DNA of 32,204 nt, from contig JAAPAO010000407.1 of assembly GCA_013115145.1 (NCBI GenBank), positions 1 to 32,204 of the forward strand, read 5' to 3'. Positions 1 through 11,100 of the stretch are shown piece after piece (position 1 is the stretch's first letter; each line of letters opens with the position of its first letter). This DNA is from Perkinsus chesapeaki ATCC PRA-425 (Eukaryota; Protista; Perkinsozoa). The notes below the pieces were generated by a model. The model had not been told where the DNA came from. It saw only the letters and a program-made list of their open reading frames with translations, and did not search any database. The position numbers and the translations under genes are program-made.

Positions 1-90
1 GTTTAATAGAAGCCGCCGAGAAGTACATCAATCAACCTTCGACAAATCTTTGAATGTTGTGATGATGTTGTTGCTGAACTCATTCTTTGG

Positions 91-1262
91 TTTAAAGTCT
101 TCTATATTCAATAAACGAAAAACAACACTCAATTATCCCTCTGTCTGAATCCACATGATGATGATGATGCTCACTATTGCTGACTGGCTCATGGCCGACA
201 GCTTGATTGAGAGCATACTTCTGAGCAGCAGCAGATTCTGAATATCAACTGTGAAATTGGATATCCTACTGTTGCGTCGTTGAATGAGGCTCAATTGGCA
301 AACATTGAAAGTCCGAACGCGAAATCGAAGATAGTAGCGGCTGGATTGAATGTCCGAGTTGAGCACATTTGAACCTACAAACTGTCTCCATCGAAATCGA
401 GAACTTTAAGTCGAAATTAAGGATTCTAACTGCCAAGTCTATTTTCCCGCTTGAGATTCGTCCGTCAAGGGGAAATTGACGTCTGGAAGTTTTATAATGC
501 ATTTGATTCACTTAGTCCGTTAACGTTGAATCTACAAAGTAGTCTGACTCTGATTTGCTGTAAGGTGAGATGCGTCAGCTGGGATGTTGAATTATGGCTT
601 TTGGCTTCTTTACTTCCCGTTTACATTCCGAATGAAGCGAACGGGTGATTGAGTAAGCTTGCCAGTTTGGAAGAGGAGCTGCTCTGTTGTGTATTATACC
701 AAAAGTGTAGGGTGGTAAACGATATAGTAAGCCTTCTATTGAAAACGAGTGGGTTAGACGTTTACTATCCACCTTCCCTCTAGAAGAGTAATTGAAACAC
801 AGTTTCAAACACGAACAATAATTGAAGTTCTCCAAAGGACTGGGAGCCATAATGCCATAAAGGGAGCTGGGGGTTTGACAAACACATCGAGGGTTAATTG
901 TTGTCGTGGAGCGCACAGTCCTGCCGGGTGCCACGACAAAAGACGACTCTGTGTTGTTGCAAAAGCTAGGCTCGAGTCATTGGTATAATCAAACCATAAC
1001 GAGGAAAACTTAGAAAACAAGGATATCAAGTTGCTCGGTCTTCTTGTGCTGAATATGATGCTCGAAATGGATTCGCCGTGATGATTGTCACAGTCGTTGT
1101 GCCACACAGTTGTGGGAGATGGTGTTGCTGCCAGGAATATATCGCGCGGACAATACCAAGTTGATGAGTAATATTTTCTTGTTGAAGAGATCCCTCTCGA
1201 GGTAGGTTGAGGAAATCGGTGATGTCATTAGTGCCTATTCCATTCTTAAACTTGCAAGTCAC
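91..1262 (-). CDS. Probable multi-exon hypothetical protein gene (fragments only)
   Basis: Several minus-strand ORF pieces separated by GT..AG-bounded segments (e.g. FKNGIGTNDITDFLNLPREG, RGKVDSKRLTHSFSIEGLLYRLPPYTFG, PLDGRISSGKIDLAVRILNFDLKF). No recognisable domain and the exon chain is not resolved. Confidence 0.3.
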
Positions 1263-1351
1263 ATCGAATCGATCATTTGGCGTCTCCTTAATTTCTCGCC
1301 ATCGCCATTAATTGTGTAATTTAATATTCCAATATTATCTCAATTGTTATA

Positions 1352-3329
1352 ATGTTATTGATCCGTGGTATTATTATAACATTTATTATTAATATTATAA
1401 AGGGAAGTGTTGAAATAAAGGAAATGGCGAAGATGAAGAAGAAGAAGAAGAAGAAAACCCCCAACCTTCTGTCGTGTATTAATGGTGTCTTCGGTAATTG
1501 TCTGCCTTTTAAAAAAGACGAGCCCGCCGTCTCCTACAAACGCTTCGATGATTTTTATGAAGAACCCATCGACAGAAGCCGCAAAGATAGTGGGTATGAC
1601 TCACCAGGGACCCCAACTTCCCCCGATGGAATACAAACCTTCCCCGGTCATTGGGACATTCCCGATATTAAACGCTATGATCGGGGTGTGAAAGGATCCA
1701 GAGAGCCCCACAGGGAGCGACTCATCCCCGGTATTGTGAATTATGGTCACGGTGATGAGGAATTCGCCGAGGTATTCGGGAAAGAGCTGAATGCAAGAGA
1801 TAAGCCTGAACCGGTCAAATCTGAAGCAAGACACCCTATAATGAGAGGATACAGCAGCTCTGATGGTTTACCTCCGAGCTTGCCACGACTCAACTTCGTC
1901 GACAATCACTTTGCTCCGGTGCCTAAAACGGAACTTGTGACGACCGATGTCGGGGGAGGCTGGAGCAATGTGGAGGAGGTTATTGTGCCGACCAGCAAGG
2001 GTAGAGGAAAGAATAGACCTGAATTCCCAACCAAGAATCGCGCTTACGGGGATATCGGCCCCTCCTCTCTAGCACGGAAGTTCAGGCGTTTAACAAGCAG
2101 ATCAACAAGAAAGATGCAACCCAAGCATGATGATGTATTCGATGTTATTGAAAGCAGCATTGAGTTTTCATCGCGTTATAGTTTTGTAATTGAGGGAGTT
2201 CACATTAAATGCTGATATACTCAACACTTAGATTGGCACTTGACGATCAACACCTGAGAGCCATTGAATTGAGAGAATGGTTCAGGCAAAAATCATATTC
2301 AGTGAATCGCAATCCACAAAGGAAGGAAGTCCCTCCGCTAGACTTACCAGAGCCATTATCAAGCAGCAAACCTATGACATTCGATAAATGTATTATTAAT
2401 CACAGTTTAGGCTAATAAACACAGATTAGATACCGCCGGCTCGGACCTGTCTGAATCTCGAACCAGAGTAACTTGTCAAGGAAATAGTTCGAGATCAAAA
2501 GTCCTAATGACATCTCGACCATTGTACAGCAAACTTATCTGAAAGGACTTCACCCCTTTACAGATACGCTTCTGGTGGATATCGTCATTGGACTATTTTA
2601 TTCCATAATCTCCCCTCAGAGGCCGTCAGGGTGGGTGTTACAGGTGAGCAAAGAGATCTACGGTTGAAAGGATCATCTTTTAGGGACAAGTCCTGATGAT
2701 CTAGAGGAAACTTACCGGTCGAACATTGTTCCAAAAGATACCATTCTGGTCCCGATCGAGGATACTTCGATGAAGAGGGAAGTTACCTTCATTATCGATG
2801 ACCATCATCATAAAGAGCTTCCCACTTTTAGTGTTGTAAAGTTTATATGTTATTGCGTCATTTGAATACTGTTGTAGATCATTAACGATAAAGAAGTGTT
2901 ATTAAAAGACCGTCCTCTCCACCCTCCGAGTATAGTCCAACATAATGTTTGGGGTATTCTACTTCTAGATGGTCATGGATGGGATATTGAGCTTTATCAA
3001 AGGCCAGTGTGAGTTCGATCGTACACTCTTCTGAACGTCTTCAGAAAGGTCAGTTCATCAATGTTGTTTATTAATGCTATTTCATCGTCGTATTGTTCTG
3101 TATAATAAATCCATGTGTGATATATTAATGTTATAAATATCTGTAATGTGGGTTCATAACTTTTATTATTCGACTTTCTGCTGGGTTTACACTTTTATTT
3201 TAGGTTGCCGATGAGTATCCTTCATTTGATAGGATCAGATCCGATACCGAGCAGTTCATCATCGTCAAACAATTCTTATCGTTAACATTTAAAAGTATTG
3301 TTTTGTTACTAGTTAAAACACAACACTGA
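1352..3329 (+). CDS. Multi-exon putative secreted low-complexity protein (signal-like N-terminus, poly-Lys tract, DSGYDS motif)
   Basis: 287-aa first ORF starting MLLIRGIIITFIINIIKG then KMKKKKKKK. Downstream coding-like exons: LALDDQHLRAIELREWFRQ, GTSPDDLEETYRSNIVPKD, IINDKEVLLKDRPLHPP, VADEYPSFDRIRSD. The 3' end is approximate. Confidence 0.6.
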
Positions 3330-3405
3330 AGTATTAGAACAACATCTCAAAGAGACTCACTGTAAATCGAATAATCAACTTATTTTACACAACCTAACCT
3401 CCTCT

Positions 3406-4741
<1,336 letters not shown>

Positions 4742-5149
4742 CTCAATAATAACTTAATCAAACTACTATTTGAAATGTTATTAATAAAGATAATGCTAAA
4801 GTTGCACTGCTAGAATTGATAAACGCTAAAGTGTTAACGCTGTCTCTTTCGACACAATACCTCAATTAGCTTTGTTAGATTTGTTATTTAATTAATGCGC
4901 CCCTGGAAAGCAACAGGAGACAGAGAAGCAATGAAGGAGTGGGCAACACGGTAAACACTACGAAAGGTTAAATAACATCATGAAATAGTTAACTTCTTAA
5001 CCCATTTGACTTTAGTGCTTTAATGTCAATTAACCTCAAAAATATCTTATTGTTAAGATATCCCCACCAACATCCTCACCGTTTTTGGTTGCTTTTTAAT
5101 AATAGTAAACCTGTGAGGGTATGATTAACAGTTATAAACTTACGAAAAA

Positions 5150-5248
5150 GGTTTCCTAGTGCCTGGAAGGGCTAACGCGTGATTCTTGCACTCTTGCGTT
5201 TGCTATCTTTTGAATCGAAAGGTCCCGAGTTCGATCCCTGGTAACTCC
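5150..5248 (+). pseudogene. Degenerate tRNA-like sequence (T-arm recognisable, possible interrupted anticodon arm)
   Basis: GAATCGAAAGGTCCCGAGTTCGATCCCTGG resembles a tRNA 3' half, and GATTC..GAATC could form an anticodon stem. The acceptor stem does not pair. Confidence 0.4.
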
Positions 5249-5321
5249 TTTTAACTCAAGAAAATAAATATCGCTGAGAAAGCAATCAGCTGTAAAAAAA
5301 GAGCCTTCAACCATTCTCTAA

Positions 5322-6603
5322 TCAATCCCTTCCCTCCAATCTTTCACCTCTACTCTGGCACAGAACCTTAACAAGGAATAAGAATCATGTTGCACGCATG
5401 CACATACCCTATTTCCCGATACCACAGCTACCGGGAGCAATACCAAACAGAGTGCAAGAGTCTGGAAGAGATTCAAAAACATGAAGAAGGAACCAAGGAC
5501 GCCCAAGTAGCCCGCGAGAGCGCCGAAAAATATAACCTGAAAACCAGGTAAAAGATACGAAATAATAAAATACATTTACCCCGTGCACGTCGAACCTCCA
5601 AAGTTGAACGTTAACCTTGAGTAAGCCCAAACCTCGAATGAAGGCAAGCAATGGTATGACGGTAGTGAGGGCCTGAAAGCAAAGGTGACAGGATTAATGA
5701 GAAGATGGGGTTACTAGGAAGACAGCAGTTATAGGGAAGGGTGCGGTTTTCTGAGGCGGCTTGAATGTATGGACGATTATTGGCAATGGTAGGTAGCGGC
5801 CTGATAATGGTGGGTGAATTGATATAGTGCAAAATAATACCAGCCAACTGAGTCGACCTGCGAGTATCTTTACTGTCTGGTATACCATTATTGATTAGAG
5901 TATCCTTAGTAGCCTGAATCAATCCTGCACTAGGCTCATACCACACTTCTCTCACCTCTTCAAACTTTACAGGAAGTACCCCTAATGGTTGCTTAATTCC
6001 CTTTGGCATTCTATGGTCCCCCACCAAAACCGACAACTCGTATCTTAAATAGATATAACCCAGCCAACCTTCCTCAACCACTACTTCCCATTTCGAGCCA
6101 CCATTGCTCCCGCTCCACTGAGTGGAATGTCAGCCTTGTACGTGTTCGACGAGCCACTTTCGCCTGCGTCCATGCCGATTTTTCCTCTGAAATCCCCCAG
6201 TATTACGTTTCATCTCAATCACTTGGACGCCCGGAGCCCCCACCACATTATCACCTATCAGGCTTTAAGATTCCAACACCGTCTACGCAGCTCGCCTACC
6301 GCTTTTAAACTCCATCATCAGTGCCACTTGAGCTGGGTAAAACTCCGCATTGGAAAGTTCACAGGAAATGCTCGGATGACCGGTATCCGACAACACAGCG
6401 GCTTTATCAACTTGGCCTGAGGCGCTTACTGCGACGGGAATCCAGTCTTTGTTAATACCGCTCTTTCCTCCAGCTGTCCAAGTTAGAAGGGTGCCATCTT
6501 GGTCATCACTATTGACCACACATCTCTGTAGATTGGCAACATCGGAAGCCTCAGCCAATATAGTGACTATCGATAGACGAATAATCGCCCAAAGGAAGGT
6601 CAT
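5322..6603 (-). CDS. RPN2: Oligosaccharyltransferase subunit ribophorin II (RPN2/SWP1), multi-exon
   Basis: Signal peptide MTFLWAIIRLSIVTILAEA; luminal GKYELSVLVGD; C-terminal three-TM block VIFFGALAGYLGVLGSFFMFLNLFQTLALCLVLLPVAVVSGNRVL matching the RPN2 LNMFQTL...GNR.L signature. Confidence 0.8.
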
Positions 6604-6902
6604 GTTGAAAAATATGGCTGAACTTCGAGGAACTCTCAAATTTAAACTTAAAACGCGCGAGATCACCTTCCTGACCGATACGTGATTTAAGTTGAAAACG
6701 CGTACGCCATCACGATCTATTTCAATATTTGGTCATGTTGGATGCTACTAGACAGGTTGTCTATACGGTGAGACAATCAACATGTATGAATCAGAGCTCA
6801 GGTTGCACTACTCACACTCCAAAACTGTATATCGGCTTGTGGAAACAATCGTCCTAGAGTATGTAATTTACCCCTGAATACCGGAGCAGCAAAGAGTCAT
6901 CA

Positions 6903-6974
6903 GGGCGTATGGTGTAGTGGTATCACGTCTGCTTCGCATGCAGAAGGCCCCGGGTTCAAATCCCGGTACGTCCA
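6903..6974 (+). tRNA. tRNA-Ala(CGC), intact
   Basis: Full cloverleaf: acceptor GGGCGTA/TACGTCC with G3:U70, anticodon stem TCTGC/GCAGA with loop TTCGCAT, T-arm CCGGG-TTCAAAT-CCCGG, discriminator A, followed by TTTT. Confidence 0.95.
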
Positions 6975-7441
6975 GTTTTAAATACAGTTCGATTCGGGTA
7001 TTCGCGGTTTGGCATGTCTGCACGGCCTTACTACAATGAAGGACAGATTGTAAGTCACTAACGAAAACGTGAATCACGTCTCCTTTTCTCACACATGGTT
7101 GATGTTGCTTCACGTCATGTTGATCACGTGACGTGATGATGGCATCAACGCGGATCCTTGTTCAGCAAGCATGAGTAAAATTGACCGTTACTTGGACCTC
7201 CCCTCGGGTGTCTCGACCACATTGTCAGGTTCTTGGCCTTACCATGCTAGTTGGCTGTTACGGTTGGCTTTGTACTCGGTAGTCCCGAGTCGGTAGAGGT
7301 ACCAAATGGTGGTTTTCTTGCAATATACTCCTCAGTAGTACGCGTAATATCCATCATACAATTTCTATCAAACATACTGAAACACAACACAAGTAAAGGA
7401 ATACAAGAATAACCACAACACCGTTACGACATCATAACAGA

Positions 7442-7888
7442 TTAATGACGCAGTCTAATAGCCGACGGCCTCGGTCTCTGAGGGAATACTGCCATGCTTG
7501 AAGACGCATCATCTTTATCGTCCCTGTGATGACCAGGCAAGGGGTCTGCGCAATTTTTACACGAAAGACGGGCTTGTTTCTCCTTGACATCTTTAAAAGT
7601 AACCTTGTGGCGGCCCCTCCCCGGCTGCGATCTCGGACCGTTCCTCAAAATGCCACGCAATGGGGTATCGGGGGGACTACTGAGGACACGGATAGCCGAG
7701 GGTGCACCATAGTCCTCAGCTTCATCCTCATCACCCTCCACTCCAGAGAAGCTCACTCTAGTGTTAGCGGATTTGACCTGAGCGACAATAAGTAGTCGGG
7801 ACGCTCTCTATCAAAGGAGTTTGCTTACCGGTAGAGCTTGCACTCCAACAAGGCATGCAACAGCTCCGATGGCTAATGACAGTTTCAT
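7442..7888 (-). CDS. Small secreted protein (~131 aa, 2 exons) with RVxF/SILK-like motifs
   Basis: Exon 1 7888-7829 (MKLSLAIGAVACLVGVQALP), 51-nt GTAAGC..CAG intron 7828-7778, exon 2 7777-7442 in frame (VKSANTRVSFSG...RGILRNG...RHKVTFKD...). Additional 3' exons toward ~6750 are possible. Confidence 0.7.
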
Positions 7889-8185
7889 TGCTGAATGTTT
7901 AGCGAGTGGAATTCGGGGGGCTACGGGCGGCACAAGCAAAAAGGCACGCCCGCTTGATCGATCGACAAGTTGCAAGGAATCCGAACCCGCTCGAGATCTC
8001 AAACAAGAGTCTCATAGCTATTCTCTAGAAATACCATTTCCCCAAGACCGCGCTATACGAATAATTTGCATCTTTTTGCCTCTCCTCTTGGGAGGTTTTT
8101 CATTCCATTTTGTATTTATTTATAACCAAACACAACCGAACAAAATAAGAAACGAGGGTCAGAAACACATCGTAAATGTACCATT

Positions 8186-11100
8186 TCATGTACCAACGCT
8201 TTGCAACTTATTCAAAGCAAGTTCGTAGAGGCTATCAGCGTTAACGAGGCCCTTCCGCTCAGAGGGGCGTATCATAACTATTTTCCACCCACGGTTGAGG
8301 AGTAGGGATAACCTACGAACGACCCTGGTTCCATCCCGGCACTTGTCAACATACCTTATCTTAGTCCATGCGACAAGGTCTTCTCTTTGACCCAATACTT
8401 CTCGATCACTCAATATCTGCACGCAAACGCACAGCCATGTACGCGACACTTTGCTTACTTCTATCGCGACCATTTGTGTAGTCGCAAGCCTGATCGTAAA
8501 AGGTGGTGACGAAACCATAGCCAGACCTTTAGAACCCAATCTGAAACATATGACATGGAGCGAGGCTATAAGATCACTGGAATCTCATATCCACAGCCGG
8601 GCTGGGCCAGCGCGTGTAAAGGAGCAGTGTGAATACGCATGAAAAGATGAAGAGCGCTCACTCAAACTGCTTATAAATCTACACCGTGCGATATGAATCC
8701 ACGTTGTAGCAGGCTAATGAGGATCCTGTTGTGAAGTGTAGACTGGTAAAATTTAAGTCATAGATGCACACGTACCTTCTATATATCGATTGTTCTTCCA
8801 TCGTCAGCTCATCTGCCCCCATGCCGGAACTCTTCAATGATTTCACGCTTGTCGGCTCTACAGGAATATTTAGCTCTCGTAAAATATCAAGCAAACGACT
8901 CATCGTTAGAGCATCAGTCAACACCTGAGAAAAAGTATCTAGAAGTAGCCAGATTTTGCGTACTTCCTCCTTTTCTATCATCTTTATTGGTGAAAGCCAT
9001 GCCAGTGCCATTGTGAACATGCTCCTAGAAGGGCCTCCGTCATCTAAACGAGAATAAGAATGACCATACTGAGTAACAGCAAACTTACCTAAGAACTGAA
9101 CAAGCCATTTGAAGTGTATTCTAATGAGTGTTTCAAACGCACTGTACGCTACGAGATCGGCTCTACACGAGCTGGACGCCTCTGACAATACTGAGGATGC
9201 ACAAAGGCTTATCATCGCCTAACGAAGACATGGCCCAGATGGTTGGACATCTCCGTACCCTAACCAGATCTTCCGGAGCAATCGACCGGGAGAACGGCGC
9301 TTCGGCTTCGAGAGAGTTACGGCAGTGACGAACTAGTGCCTGCTGGAGAGTTCACATAAACCTTTCAAATGTTGCTGTGTAACCTGAGTATTTGGGCCTG
9401 TATTGCGAGTTAAGCTATGCAAGTTGATACAGTACAATGAGAAAAGTACTCGACTGGCATCACGTACCTGATGAGAAGACGAACCTTTTTTAAACCATTT
9501 ACTATTTTTTCATAGTACGCTGCTACTGGCAAACGTCTGCACTTCTCCCTAACAGACAACGGATCCCGCATAACTGGACTTACTGGTTTCTTAAAAGTTG
9601 TGCTCCCAGTTATCCCAGTAGCCACTGCCTCTAGAAGTGAGCCGGTCAGTCCGCCTACTCGAGACCAAGAAGCGATAAGATCAACCTGGAAAGGATAGTG
9701 CGGCGATTGTGAGACATGATAGCTCACTCTTGAGCAAGTGTCGAGTGAAGATAGAAGATTGGCATCGTTCAGGAAAGCACCGGTTAGCGTAGGAAAGTTC
9801 CTGAAAGGAGGGGTAGTCGGGCACCGCGAGTTGTTGGTCCAAAAATTCATCAGGGCGTATGGTGTAGTGGTATCACGTCTGCTTCGCATGCAGAAGGCCC
9901 CGGGTTCAAATCCCGGTACGTCCAGTTTTACCTATATTGTATTGCTGTGACTGTTTCTGCTGTGAACTTCGACATAGCCACACCAATTGCTAACAACTGC
10001 TTCGCTTGAAATACTAATAATCTTTCGGATATCTAATCACCACACAACAATAACAAACCGATCACTTCGTATTGTCCGACCTCGTGCCATAAAGGGCCCA
10101 ATGAGTTAACATCTTGAACTCTGTTTGAGAGCTTTGACAACGCATCAGTTACGAGTGTTAAATGACGGCAATCATAGCCGTGACCTTTTCGCTGAACATG
10201 CAAGCTGATGGTCTGAAAGATGAAGAGATAACATCTACACAACGACGTGGTAGAATTAAAATAAACCCAAACCCCCTTACAAAATAATATGACCTCTACA
10301 CTTTTGAGCATAAAATAGTAACGAGAAAGAGTTAGGACTTGATATTTTGTGAGAACAACTTTTTTACGATACTGATATAAACTGTCATGTGACTGCTGAA
10401 AATCTCGCTCGCCCGGAATCAAAAACTGAAACTGTCACAATCTGCACGCGTCCAAAATAATATGACCTCGTCGCGTTGCGAGTGTTTCGCACTGCTAAAG
10501 CAACAATTAGGCTTACCGTGAGACATTAGACAAGCTAGAGAAACTAACAGGGTTCGTATCCGATTTAGCTAAGATTGTACTTACACATTGCCTTGTGACG
10601 CCGTGAGACTTCCCGATCTCTTCATGAGTATATTTTCTCTTGCCGTCGGGTAGTTGTTCATCCCACATCGCACGGGTAAGCTGTTTCGTACGTGGGGATA
10701 GAGCTTTGGCTTTAGGCATGGGTTAAAAACTATCGTATGACAGCGCACATTTGAGGTCATATTATTTTGGGCGCGTGCAGATTGTGACAGTTTCAGTTTT
10801 TAATTCCGGGCGAGCGAGATTTTCAGCAGTCACATGACAGTTTATATCAGTATCGTAAAAAAGTTGTTCTCACAAAATATCAAGTCCTAACTCTTTCTCG
10901 TTACTATTTCATGCTCAAAAGTGTAGAGGTCATATTATTTTGTAAGGGGGTTTACAAACATTTTCTTATCATCTCGAATTCAAAGACCGACGGCAATTTA
11001 TAACCATCGAATGCTCACATGCGAGAGGCCCTCAGCATCGTAGAGGCCACAGTCACCAGCAGACGCTAAATTGGATACAAAAACGGAGAACTCAGATGGT

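Larger units (their letters stand above)
10269..10953. mobile_element. Non-autonomous DNA transposon (685 bp) with 201-bp terminal inverted repeats, inside a RAP-gene intron
   Basis: 10269-10469 and 10753-10953 are reverse complements with 3 mismatches seen. The internal 283 bp carry an HTH-like ORF. Confidence 0.9.

Noticed and set aside
6003-6685. Plus-strand ORFs over RPN2, and similar ORFs at 21798-22346, 24562-24927 and 27240-28053
   Set aside because: These are antisense shadows of better-supported minus-strand exons, with no recognisable motifs.
10033-10422. 129-aa ORF starting inside the transposon TIR
   Set aside because: Chimeric read-through of TIR and intron into a RAP-gene exon.
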